A DNA stretch of 64,000 bases from Macrostomum lignano (lineage: Eukaryota). The position numbers and the translations under genes are program-made. Each line of letters opens with the position of its first letter. Position 1 is the stretch's first letter. Where the stretch lies: positions 62,001-126,000 of the forward strand of contig NIVC01001630.1 in the NCBI GenBank assembly GCA_002269645.1, read 5' to 3'. This document shows positions 1-10,860 of this stretch, in pieces. Below the pieces are notes generated by a model. It searched no databases and was not told the origin of the DNA. It worked only from the letters and a program-made list of their open reading frames with translations.

Positions 1-680
1 CAAAGGAATTCCATGAATTGCACACGAGCCAGACTAGTCTGCTAAATAGATTAGCACCTTTTCACATTAGCATCCTGTACCCCCCCCCCCTGGTAAACAG
101 ATCATTTTTTACCCGCGCTAATTGGCTTCAACAAAACGTTTTGAACCCTGAAATATTCAATGCGTTCATCTATTTGGTAAAAGTGTTTTCAGCGGAATTC
201 CACAACTTGGATGCATACGAGTTTCAGCTATACTATTCAAGTTCAAATCCCAACTGTTCTAAATTTGGTCATTCAAAGGAAATTAGTAAGTCTGCAGTGT
301 CTCCCCTGCCTTTGGTTGTTCGCTCTCTTTAAAAAACTTGGACGAAGTTACAGAGTCACAAGTGGAGTTACGTAATACAAGATTCTTCTATTCAAGAGCT
401 TCAACACGTCTTAGTCAGCTGGAATAGCACTTGGTTACCTTCTTCGCTGATGGATAGCTGACACATTTCGCAACACCCTTCTGGTCTTCTTTCAAACTCT
501 ATTTGATGACCGGAATTTCTGTCAAAAATGTAACCTTAAAGACATTCACCTTCACCATCTGACGTCTTTGTTCTCTCGGTCGCCGAGGCCGATTCTGCTG
601 AGTCAGTCTCTGTTTTTGGCGACGCTGACCGATCGACATCTGCGGGTAGATTGAACTTTTTGAGTGACGCACAAAGCTGA

Positions 681-787
681 AGGCTCGTTCACATCACCAC
701 TAAGATAAGACCAAAGTAGTGTGACAACAACTTTGTACATCGGTCGAGTGATTTGATGGCTAATTTGACAGCAGTGTGAATGAGCCC
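681..787. mobile_element. PIF/Harbinger-like MITE (107 bp)
   Basis: Imperfect TIRs AGGCTCGTTCACA (681) and TGTGAATGAGCCC (787), flanked on both sides by 3-bp TGA (678-680, 788-790). A TNA-type 3-bp TSD is typical of PIF/Harbinger. Confidence 0.6.
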
Positions 788-832
788 TGAAAGGTAAAAG
801 CTTACAGAGGTAGATAGTCTACCTAGAGTTAG

Positions 833-1138
833 TTTGTTGGCCTGAGTGCACCCTGGCGCACTTTAAGCGACATTGTCACACAACCGGCGAGAGGCATTAC
901 TGCCCATTTCGACGACTCCCCTGAACAGGCACACAAGCGCGTGAATACGTACGCAGTCACACACACAGGCACACACTCACACAGATATATACACTTCACT
1001 GTGCCTTGGGCGTGCGTTGGCCGAGCAGAGCCAAGCCGAGATTCCAATTTAGCCCCAAATTAATGTGACTGCACTTGGAATCGAGCCTGGGCCGCTGGCA
1101 CACCAGAGCGCCGCACTTGACCACTAAGCTACGGCCCC
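833..1138 (-). mobile_element. tRNA-derived SINE, family A, copy 1
   Basis: Minus strand begins GGGGCCGTAGCTTAGTGGTCAAG (pol III A box) and contains GGCTCGATTCC (B-box-like). The ~300 bp body aligns by eye with a second copy at 7085-7389. Confidence 0.75.
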
Positions 1139-1487
1139 TTAGAGGTACGGGCCATACTCAGCAACATTAAAATGCCGCCACCCTTTGCCCCAGTGAGCAG
1201 TGTCTTTCGACCAGCGTTTATCACCTGGCTAACCATTTTGATATTAAAAAATGCTTGCAAAACAATGAAAACCGGGCGGAAGCTTCAATCCGTCTAATCT
1301 TCGCCCTCCGCTCTTCCCGATCCCTCCTCACCCAGCCCAGCTGTGCGTCACGTGGTCAGTTTTGTAGTTTGAAATCCTCAATGAATCCTTGCAGGATTCT
1401 TAATCTTATTGACGGTCCATCCTCTACGTCACGATTTCATCTGATCCTGACTGCTTCAAATAGAGGCGTTAATTGACTGAGGATACC

Positions 1488-1724
1488 TCATTTCCAAGAA
1501 TGCATGCAATCTTTCCCGCCGCATCTGCTTCTATCTGATGTTTTTTCAGCTTTCAACTTTTTTGGCCGGCAATCAGTCGGGGAGAGGAAGAAACACGATG
1601 TGGCAATTAGCCAGCCAGAATTTTTAAGGGCGTCTGATGCTTTTAAAGCGATCGTTTTTTTGGAACAGATTTTTGCTTTTCCGATCTTCAATCAGTCGAA
1701 GAACCGTGATCAAGTGGTGAAGAG
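1488..1724 (-). CDS. Possible terminal exon of the netrin-like gene (unresolved)
   Basis: Model 1: acceptor TGTCAG|1724 in phase 1 gives LHHLITVLRLIEDRKSKNLFQKNDRFKSIRRP* (stop 1624-1626). Model 2: weaker acceptor GAAG|1685 in phase 0 gives IGKAKICSKKTIALKASDALKNSGWL...CMHSWK*, loosely resembling the start of an NTR/C345C module. Confidence 0.3.
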
Positions 1725-1959
1725 CTGACAAGTTCAGTTACAGGATGAAAGCCAGACTGAGATGAAAAAATCGGGGATGGATAGAGTGTAATGTTTTCTG
1801 CCATACAAATATGCTAATGACTTAGAAGCATTAGACACATTGAGACCTTTCTAAAAAACTGGTAGGTCATTTGTCTAGAAATTGAGCGCATCTCCCCATG
1901 AAAAAGGTGGCTATCATTTTTTTCCAAACAGAATTGAAAACTTTTAAAGAAAAAATAAA

Positions 1960-2330
1960 GTTGCTTTTCCCATTAAAAATTTGATACAAATTCAAGTAAA
2001 CGGTTTTTGGTACTCTTTCTAAGAAAAAAAGCTGATAGCTTTTTAAGAAAGCAATGAACACATTTCCGAGAAAACATTTAGGTATCTTTCTAAGAAAATA
2101 GTTTGTCAACCTTCTTCGGAAAACAGTTGATAACTTTCTAAGAAGAGATTTTGCGTATTTTTCTAATAAAACCGTCGGCACCTTTCTAAGAAAACATTAG
2201 GCACGTTTCTAAGAAAACATTTGGCACGTTTCTAAGAAAACATTTGGCACGTTTCTAAGAAAACATTTGGCACGTTTCTAAGAAAACAGTTCGTCGATAC
2301 TTTTGCTAGAAAACATTGGTACCTTACCAA
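1960..2330. repeat. Degenerate ~23 bp tandem repeat (TTTCTAAGAAAACATTTGGCACG), netrin intron 4
   Basis: Near-perfect units at about 2185-2290, with decayed TTCTAAGAAAA copies back to about 1960. Confidence 0.75.
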
Positions 2331-2406
2331 GAACATTGTGGTTTTTTATATGAATATCAACAATTTTAAAAAATTTAAATCGCACCACCCAATTCTAGCT
2401 CGGTAC

Positions 2407-2577
2407 CTTTTACTTTGTCCTGCGGTCGCCTGCACGGAGCAGCCGGGTCGCTTGTCTGCTCAAAACCGGCCAAGCAGCGGTCGCACTTCTCGCCGCCAAC
2501 ACCTGACTTGCAGACGCATCGGCCCGTGTCCCGGTCGCAGATACCGCTAGTGGATCCCAGTGGATGGCAGTTGCACA
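2407..2577 (-). CDS. Netrin-like exon 4 (laminin-EGF 3)
   Basis: Acceptor TTTGCAG|2577; CNCHPLGSTSGICDRDTGRCVCKSGVGGEKCDRCLAGFEQTSDPAAPC. Donor AAG|GTACC after 2407 (alternative AAA|GTAAAA after 2414). Confidence 0.85.
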
Positions 2578-5500
2578 CTGCAAATAGATAGACAGTTAGA
2601 TGGACAGGTAGATAGACGGGTAGATAGACAGGTAGATAGACGGGTAGATAGACAGGTAGATAGATAGATAAACGGGTAGATAGACAGGTAGATAGACAGG
2701 TAGATAGACGGGTAGATAGACAGGTAGATGGACAGGTAGATAGACAGGTAGATAGACAGGTAGATAGACAGGTAGATAGACAGGTAGATATACAGGTAGA
2801 TAGACAGGTAGATAGACAGGTAGATATACAGGTAGATATACAGGTAGCTAAACAAGTACATAGACAGGTAGATAGACAGGTAGATTGACAGGTAGATGGA
2901 CAGGTAGATAGACAGGTAGATAGACAGGTAGATAGCCGGACTCACGGGTGCAGACCCTCACGCTGTCCACCGCAGCCAGCCAGTTCCTGTGATACCCAGG
3001 CCGGCAGTACTGGCAGTTCCTACCAGCCGTGTTGTGCCGACAACCCAGGCAGACGCCCGCACTTTTAGGCTGGGCTGAGAACTGGTAGGTGCTGGCATCG
3101 AAGTGACACCGGTCGGTGTGTCCGTTGCACTGGCAACCTTTGGTTGGGTAAGGTTGGATAGTCGTAGAATGTCAAATGGGCAAATAGCATTGTCAAGTCT
3201 GATGGGTCCACAAACAGCTGATGATCAAAAAGCATCTGCTTAATAAAATATTTCAATTGGAGGGGCCCCTGTCTCTTGTTGGGCGCCCCTGTCTCTTGTT
3301 GGACGCCCCTGTCTCTTGTTGGGCGCCCTTGTCTCTTGTTGGACGCCCCTGTCTCTTGTTGGACGCCCCTGTCTCTTGTTGGGCGCCCCTGTCTCTTGTT
3401 GGGCGCCCCTGTCTCTTGTTGGACGCCCCTGTCTCTTGTTGGGCGCCCCTGTCTCTTGTTGGACGCCCCTGTCTCTTGTTGGACGCCCCTGTCTCTTGTT
3501 GGGCGCCCCTGTCTCTTGTTGGACGCCCCTGTCTCTTGTTGGGCGCCCCTGTCTCTTGGTGGGCGCCCCTGTCTCTTGTTGGGCGCCCCTATCTCTTGTT
3601 GGGCGCCCCTGTCTCTTGGTGGGCGCCCCTGTCTCTTGTTGGGCGCCCCTGTCTCTTGGTGGGCGCCCCTGTCTCTTGTTGGGCGCCCCTGTCTCTTGTT
3701 GGACGCCCCTGTCTCTTGTTGGGCGCCCCTGTCTCTTTGGTTGGCGCCCCTGACTCTTTGTTTGGCGCCCCTGACTCTTTGTTTGGCGCCCCTGTATTTT
3801 TGGTTGACGCCCCTGACTCTTTGGTTGGCGCCCCTGACTCTTTGGTTGGCGCCCCTGACTCTTTGGTTGACGCCCCTGACTCTTTGGTTGGCGCCCCTGT
3901 CATTAAGCACCTGTTCGATATTGATATTCACCAAACTTATTGATACTAAATCAAGCACCCTGTCAATGGGAAACGCCAGAATCCAGCATCCAAAACTCTG
4001 CGCTGAATTAAGTTCTGATTTTTTACTTCTGTCTATCCGAACCTAATCCACGAAGCCCTGTCCCAGCAGCCGTTAGCTGAAGCTGCGATACAAACGGTGC
4101 AGCTATAAAATATGACTAGTATAAAGCGGCCCGAATCGATGCCCTGCTGACAAAGTTAACTCGATAAGTCGCGGATAAGATATCTGGCAGGAAAGTGAGG
4201 CTGAGAGAGAGAGAGAGTCAGAGTGTGAAAGCAAGACGTCAGAAGACAGATAGAGGCAATAGCATAGTTGGTTTGACTCTGCGGCACAAAGTTGCTTACA
4301 GAGGATCAGATTGCTTCGAGGAGCAGAAGTGGATCAGATGCCACACGCGGTCTCCAAGCGGCCCCGAGCCAATTAATCACGCCGAGGGGTTGCTGGGCGA
4401 ACTCGACAGTCACACACATCCCCTCTCTCTCTCTTTCTCTATCCTTGACATCGTCGCCGTGACTCCAGGAACTCCGCGGAGTGGATTGCGCCCTAAGGAA
4501 CTTTCTCTTTCACTCACTTCCCTGTCTGTCTCGGCGTGTTCAGCGCAGCCTGAAGGCGATATTTGCTGGGCCCGGGTGCCCTGCCTGGCTGGATCACGCA
4601 GTGATAACATTCCTGTTGACCGCTCCTTCTGTCCTCTCTCATGCTTGAGTTTTTGACTCGATCTTAGTTCCGGTTCTTCTCAGCCTCTCTTATCTCTTCT
4701 CAGCCTCTAATCTCTTCTCAGCCTCTAATCTCTTCTCAGCCTCTAATCTCTTCTCAGCCTCTAATCTCTTCTCAGCCTCTCTTCTCTCTTCTCGGTCTCT
4801 CTTATCTCTTCTCAGCCTCTCTAATCTCTTTTCAGCCTCTCTTATCTCTTCTCGCTCTGTCTTATCTTTTCTCGCTCTGTCTTATCTCTTCTCACTCTGT
4901 CTTATCTCTTCTCGCTCTGTCTTATCTCTTCTCGCTCTGTCTTATCTCTTCTCGCTCTGTCTTATCTCTTCTCGCTCTGTCTTATCTCTTCTCGCTCTCT
5001 CTTATCTCTTCTCAGCCTCTCTTTTCTCTTCTTAGACTCTATTATCTCTTCTCACCCTCTCTTATCTCTTCTCAGCCTCTCTTATCTCTTCTCACTCTCT
5101 GTCTCACTAAGTAATCCCGCCTTCTCTCATGCCAAGCCTCTGTCCTAATCTTTAATTACCAGTCCAATAACCATCTAGCAATCTACGCTAAATAACTCAA
5201 AGAATTTTGCATAAGTCACATTTTTCGGGCTATAAATTCAAGATTCAACCACGCGCCGTTTAGTCGTGCCAGCCCAGTAGGGGTCAGTGTTCTAAACGGC
5301 GAATATTAGATAATTAAAAAAAGTAAAAAAATGGCACACAGATGATAAAATACGAACTTTTTATCATAATTTTGTGCCTTTGCTGCGCAATTCCTCTTGT
5401 TTCTCTCTGATGCATCGGCATTTCTTTCTCTCAGTTCTCTTTCTCTCAACTGAGCGTATTCTATCTGTGTATGTTTAGGCTATTGTTGTTGCTTCTAAAG

Positions 5501-8500
5501 AATAAAATACATAGCCTATTATATTTCTAGAGAACATTATCACAGCGAAACAATAAAGATCAGCATTATTGCCTTGAGAGTAATGAAAAGTTAAGTGGGC
5601 AGTCCTGCTCGAAGGTAGGTAACTTCTTACCTGCTTGACATGAGTGCGACATGAGTCACCACTGTCAGACAATTATTGCGGCTTGTGGCCCTTGCAGGGT
5701 CTCAGAGCCGCACTCCTAGCTGTCACTCTTTTAGCCTCACACTGTCACTCTCTCAGCCTCACTCGTCTGTCTCTCAGCAGCTCCCTCTGTCACTCTCTCA
5801 GCCTCACACTGACACTCTTTCAGCCTCACAATGTCACTCTCTAAGCCTCACACTGTCACTCTCTAAGCCTCACACTGTCACTCTCTAAGCCTCACACTGT
5901 CACTCTCTAAGCCTCACACTGTCACTCTCTAAGCCTCACACTGTCACTCTCTAAGCCTCACACTGTCACTCTCTAAGCCTCACACTGTCACTCTCTAAGC
6001 CTCACACGGTCACTCTCTCAGCCTCACTCCTATGTCACTCTCTCAGCCTCGCTCTGTCACTCTCTCAGCCTCGCTCTGTCACTCTCTCAGCCTCACACTG
6101 TCACTCTCTCAGCCTCACACTGTCACTCTCTAAGCCTCACACGGTCACTCTCTCAGCCTCACTCCTATGTCACTCTCTCAGCCTCGCTCTGTCACTCTCT
6201 CAGCCTCGCTCTGTCACTCTCTCAGCCTCACACTGTCACTCTCTCAGCCTCACACTGTCACTCTCTCAGCCTCGCTCTGTCACTCTCTCAGCCTCGCTCT
6301 GTCACTCTCTCAGCCTCACACTGTCACTCTCTCAGCCTCACACTGTCACCCTCTCAGCCTCACACTGTCACTCTCTAAGCCTCACACTGTCACTCTCTAA
6401 GCCTCACACTGTCACTCTCTCAGCCTCACTCCTATGTCACTCTCTAAGCCTCACACTGTCACTCTCTCAGCCTCACTCCTATGTCACTCTCTAAGCCTCA
6501 CAGTCACTCTCTCAGCCTCACACGGTCACTCTCCCAGCTTCGCTCCTCTATCACTCTCAATACAACTATATTCCAACAAAGCTACATCGGAAGCCAGAAG
6601 TTTGGCTTGCGTGTCAGGGTATAAAAAAGATCATAAAATGGGTAATAAAAATTAGACCTAAATTAAATTAATTTCGCACATCAGCTTGGAAAAAAGTAAA
6701 TTTTTAATCGAAATTCCGTTTCAATCTGGCAACTTACAAGGACCACTGAAGTCACTTAAGTAGTCCTTAAGTAGTCACTTAAGTAGTCCTTGGCAACTTA
6801 TTGGTAATTACTGGTGCCCACTTCCACAGCACCTGAAACAATTTTTGCTAATGAACTGCCCTAGAAATTGAGCAATCACAGAGTTATCACGCAATGACCA
6901 CTCATTAACTGGTCACGAACATGTTTAAATATACTTTTTATTTTTGAATTCCCAGCTGTCTCTTGGGTTAGTTTCCTTTCAGAGAGATACTTAATGGATA
7001 CTCAGACCCAGTGAATCTCAGTCTTGCCTTTTGTTCCTACACGCTGATAAACACCCCAGATCTTTGTTTTACTAGAAGCAAAGGGTTGTGTGCACCCTGG
7101 CGCAATTTAAGCGACATTGTCACACAACCGGCGAGAGGCATTGCTGCCCATTACGCCGACTTCCCTGAGCAGGCAAACAAGCGCGCGGATACGTACTCAG
7201 GCACACACTCACACAGATATGTACACTTCACTATGCCTTGGAAGTTGGCCCTCAAGGGCGTTGTTAATTGCACGAGCAGAGCCAACCCGAGATTCCAATT
7301 TAGCCCCAAATTAATGTGACTGCACTTGGAATCGAGCCTGGGCCGCTGGCACATCAGAGCGCGCGCTGGACCACTGAGCTACGGCTCCCGCCCTAGAGCT
7401 AGCTAAACTGATAAACACCACAGAGCTAGCTAAACTGATAAACAGCCCAGAGCTAGCTAAACTGATAAACACCCCATAGCTAGCTAAACTGATAAACACC
7501 CCATAGCTAGCTAAACTGATAAACACCCCAGAGCTAGCTAAACTGATAAACACCCCATAGCTAGCTAAACTGATAAACACCCCATAGCTAGCTAAACTGA
7601 TAAACACCCCATAGCTAGCTAAACTGATAAACACCCCATAGCTAGCTAAACTGATAAACACCCCATAGCTAGCTAAACTGATAAACACCCCAGAGCTAGC
7701 TAAACTGATAAACACCCCATAGCTAGCTAAACTGATAAACACCCCAGAGCTAGCTAAACTGATAAACACCCCATAGCTAGCTAAACTGATAAACACCCCG
7801 AGCTAAAGGCCAAGTCAGGCCACTCACGTCGACACTGCGTCGGCTGCTCCTGTGTGCCGCGCCTCCACGGCAGGTCGACCCAGAACGGCTTGCACCGCTC
7901 GCAGTCCTCGCCCTCAGTGCCGTGCTGGCAGTCGCAGACGCTGGCTCCCGGCCCGCCCGCCTTCGAGCTCGGCAAGCACCGGGCCGCGTGCCCGTTGCAG
8001 AAGCACCGGCCGCCGACGTCGATATTCGAAAGGGCGAAAGCGTCGCCAACGGCAACAGCTGGAAAATCTCGACGACGGCTTCTCCAATCTGAGAGGGGCG
8101 ACTGCTGTCGGCGCTGCTTGCGTCGGAGCAGCAGCCGGATGTCGGTCGCCAGCATCCAGTCGGCGATGATTGGGTCGCGATCGCGATCTTCCTGCGGCCG
8201 ATAGCGCTTGAAGTTCGTGCTGAAGCTCAGGACGATTCGATCCATCGAGTTGCTTCTTCGATTTTTGTCGGAGTGTGGCGAAGAGTCGAACTTGTCGGTG
8301 TCGGAGTTGGCCGATCCGGGGACGGCAGGATCCACCTGGCTGGTATCGCTGCAGACCACTTCGCGAGGATCTTTGAGGAACGGCGAGAGTGAAGGGTCCA
8401 GAGAGAGAGTGCGTGATGTACCTTGATAAAGGTAACTTCAATATGCAACCCAGAATTCGTCAGGGATATCTCAAAGTACAGGTAGCTTACATTATGGATG

Positions 8501-9796
8501 ATATGACATTAAGCACAGGTAGCTTACACAACGGATGTAACTAGGTACAGTTATTTAACGTTACGGATGCAATTAAATTAAGTACAGGTGTCTAAAATTA
8601 CGTATGTAATTAAGTACAGACAACTTACACCTACATTACGGATGTAATTAAGTACAGGCAACTTACACCTACATTACGGATGTAATTAAGTACAGGCAAC
8701 TTACACCTACATTACGGATGTAATTAAGTACAGATAACTTACACCTACATTACGGATGTAATCAAGTACAGGTAACTTACACCTACATTACGGATGTAAT
8801 TAAGTACAGGCAACTTACACCTACATTACGGATGTAATTAAGTACAGGCAACTTACACCTACATTACGGATGTAATTAAGTACAGATAACTTACACCTAC
8901 ATTACGGATGTAATCAAGTACAGGTAACTTACACCTACATTACGGATGTAATTAAGTACAGATAACTTACACCTATTTTACGGATGTAATTAAGTACAGA
9001 TAACTTACACCTACATTACGGATGTAATCAAGTACAGGTAACTTACACCTACATTACGGATGTAATTAAGTACAGGCAACTTACACCTACATTACGGATG
9101 TAATGAACTACAGATAACATACAAAAATTCAACACAAAATACACGTACTGCAGAAGAAACTAGCATTATCCCCTTACTAATATAAACTCCAAAGTCGTAC
9201 GAATAGCCGGCCCTGTGCCCTGGATAGTCGGCACTGCAGTTGTTGGAGAACAGGTGCCACAGCTGCCAGGTGGCACCGAAGTCCGCTGACTTGTAGGCCT
9301 CAATAGCGTCGGGCAGCCCGAGTCCGCAGTCTGTCAGACTCACATAATAAACCGTGTGCTTCTTGCCCAAGCTGAGCGTCAGATTCACACCTGAATCGTC
9401 AGGGGAAACTCGACCGGAAATCCAACAGGTGCTGTGCACGTGATAGTCGGTCAGGTGACTGGCTGAATAGCTCAACTTCCGCTGCTCAGAGTCGCACAGG
9501 TCGCAGAAACCTCTACGACTGCAGACTCGAATTGGGGGGCTGCCACAGGTGCTGCTGGCAACTACCTGGCGATTGACAGCCAGATTTTCGAATGGCGGCT
9601 CGCAATATTTGGCGTCGCGTTGTTCCTGGTCGCCATGGTTACCAAAGACAGCTTTGCTATCGTAGCGTGTAGCAGCCGATGTCGCTGAGTAGCAGTCGGA
9701 CTCTGAGCCGAGTGCCGCTGAGCGAGTCAGGCACAGCGCAGGCAGAATCAGTGCTGCAAACCGACTGAGATGCATAGCCGCTGCTGACAAAAGCAT
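2407..9796 (-). CDS. Netrin-like secreted laminin-family protein (signal peptide, laminin N-terminal/domain VI, 3 laminin-EGF repeats); at least 4 coding exons
   Basis: Exons 9796-9178, 8370-7828, 3137-2946 and 2577-2407. All introns are GT-AG phase 1 and the frame is continuous (>=508 codons). Motifs SSTCG, LTD..TCW, VNLTLSLGKK, YKSADFGATW, DWMLATDIR, VGGRCFCNGHA, CQCNGH...CRHNTAGRNC and CNCHPLGS...C match the netrin/UNC-6 architecture. Confidence 0.88.
2583..2935. repeat. 12 bp tandem repeat (GTAGATAGACAG)n filling netrin intron 3
   Basis: About 29 units spanning nearly the whole 368 bp intron (2578-2945); source of the YLSI-repeat ORF. Confidence 0.95.
2946..3137 (-). CDS. Netrin-like exon 3 (laminin-EGF 2); not in the supplied ORF track
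   Basis: Acceptor CCAAAG|3137 and donor C|GTGAGT after 2946. Translates CQCNGHTDRCHFDASTYQFSAQPKSAGVCLGCRHNTAGRNCQYCRPGYHRNWLAAVDSVRVCT. Confidence 0.9.
3263..3899. repeat. 20 bp minisatellite (GGGCGCCCCTGTCTCTTGTT)n grading into a 21 bp variant (GGCGCCCCTGACTCTTTGGTT)n
   Basis: Directly visible tandem units in netrin intron 2. Confidence 0.95.
4675..5100. repeat. CT-rich 18-20 bp tandem repeats (CTCTTCTCAGCCTCTAAT / CTCTTCTCGCTCTGTCTTAT)
   Basis: Directly visible tandem units. Confidence 0.9.
5715..6530. repeat. 22 bp minisatellite (CACTGTCACTCTCTMAGCCTCA)n
   Basis: Directly visible tandem units in netrin intron 2. Confidence 0.95.
6737..6792. mobile_element. 56 bp miniature inverted-repeat element, CAAGGAC family (hAT/P-like)
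   Basis: Termini CAAGGAC...GTCCTTG with a perfect 8-bp TSD GCAACTTA (6729-6736, 6793-6800). Same termini as the 600 bp element at 33758-34357. Confidence 0.75.
7085..7389 (-). mobile_element. tRNA-derived SINE, family A, copy 2
   Basis: Head GGGAGCCGTAGCTCAGTGGTCCAG...GGCTCGATTCC; body colinear with 833-1138. Confidence 0.75.
7393..7806. repeat. 27 bp minisatellite (GCTAGCTAAACTGATAAACACCCCATA)n
   Basis: About 15 units between the SINE head and the donor of netrin exon 2. Confidence 0.95.
7828..8370 (-). CDS. Netrin-like exon 2 (C-terminal half of LN domain plus laminin-EGF 1)
   Basis: Pyrimidine-rich acceptor TTCCTCAAAG|8370 and donor C|GTGAGT after 7828; ...DWMLATDIR...GGRCFCNGHAARC...CDCQHGTEGEDCERCKPFWVDLPW. 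Confidence 0.88.
8500..9120. repeat. 38 bp minisatellite (ACTTACACCTACATTACGGATGTAATTAAGTACAGGCA)n, netrin intron 1
   Basis: About 13 near-perfect units from 8623 to about 9100, plus decayed edge copies. Confidence 0.95.
9178..9796 (-). CDS. Netrin-like exon 1 (signal peptide plus N-terminal LN domain)
   Basis: ATG at 9796, hydrophobic N-terminus (FAALILPALCL) and LN motifs. Donor A|GTAAGG after 9178 is the one compatible with the phase-1 acceptor at 8370. Confidence 0.88.
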
Positions 9797-9973
9797 GGAA
9801 TTGGAGAGGCTGACGCTGCCACCCCCCCAAATATTCTATTTGAAAAGGCAGTCAGAGCCTCGCTTTGCTGCGCATCCCGAAGTCTTCGCTGATTGGCTGC
9901 GGAGAAGCTGAACCCCTTCATCACTTGCTGGAGCGAACCAATTGCTAATGCCTGTTGACTTTCTAATATACTC

Positions 9974-10041
9974 GTAGTAGTCTAGTGGTTACACAACTTT
10001 AGACTCACGACTGAAAGGTCGCGGGTTCGATTCTCGACCCA
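9974..10041 (+). mobile_element. tRNA-like SINE head (family B, truncated) / tRNA pseudogene
   Basis: A box TAGTCTAGTGG, B box GGTTCGATTC and a CTCACGA anticodon-like loop (CAC, Val-like). Shares GACTCACGACTGAAAGGTC..GGGTTCGATTCTCGACCCA with the SINE head at 48367-48434. No proper acceptor stem. Confidence 0.6.
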
Positions 10042-10661
10042 ATTAAGAACATGGTAAGTCACGCCCAAAAAAGTAGACAAAAATAAAAATTAAAGTAATT
10101 TTCATTGAATTTCCCATTCAAACTTGGATGACAACTTGTGTGAGTTTGTGCTCAAGTTAATAGTTTACTTAGACAGAAGTTGTACTATATTGCTCAGAAC
10201 ATCAATTTATAGTCGAGAAATACAGTAACAATATTTAGGCATTTTTACCATAGACTATAATAAATTTTCAGTCTAACAACAAAATAAAAACACAAATTTA
10301 GTGAATTTAAACAGCTAATTATTTTCCTAGGGCTCCAATGGTAAAGTGGCAAACACCAGATAGTAAATAATCAACCACCGAGTAAGTAATTACGGAAACA
10401 GCGAAAAATCATACTTTGCTCGTAGTTAAAACAAATAGAATAGCAAAAACACAGAAGCAAACAGGCATCAGTTGTTATCTGAGTAGATATAATGAGGAAT
10501 TATTAGTTTCTATTAAAGTTCTTTTTCCTGTTATTTTTCTTAACTGTCCCGCAACAAATTGACAGATAAATAATGACACAAGCAAATTGATTTGCTTAAA
10601 ATGTCTTTCATGGAAACCACAAAATTCAAAAGAATGAACGCAAGAGCAGAGATGCAAGAAT

Positions 10662-10667
10662 TTTATT
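10662..10667 (-). terminator. Candidate polyadenylation signal (AATAAA) of COPB2
   Basis: AATAAA on the minus strand about 190 nt downstream of the COPB2 stop codon; motif match only. Confidence 0.35.
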
Positions 10668-10860
10668 ATTATTATTAATATTAGTTAATAGCTTAACTAA
10701 AACTTGAACTATATATAATGGAAAATCACGCGCTGCACATTCACTACTCAGACTCAGAAGAAATCTCCCGGAAAAAAACAACAAATTTAATAATTATTAT
10801 ATATTCGTCAAGTTCTGTTAAGTTTAGCCAACAACAACAAAATCTGCTGCTTCCAAGACA

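Noticed and set aside
60-660. Degenerate coding-like minus-strand frame and the 104 aa plus-strand ORF at the window start
   Set aside because: Multiple stops and no recognisable motif.
2547-7796. ORFs such as YLSI-, RGAQQETG-, SLTLSLSQPH- and FISLASYG-repeats
   Set aside because: Translations of intronic tandem repeats.
9974-10041. Functional tRNA-Val(CAC) gene
   Set aside because: It lacks a pairing acceptor stem and a canonical D-arm, and matches the SINE head at 48367-48434, so it is treated as a SINE fragment.
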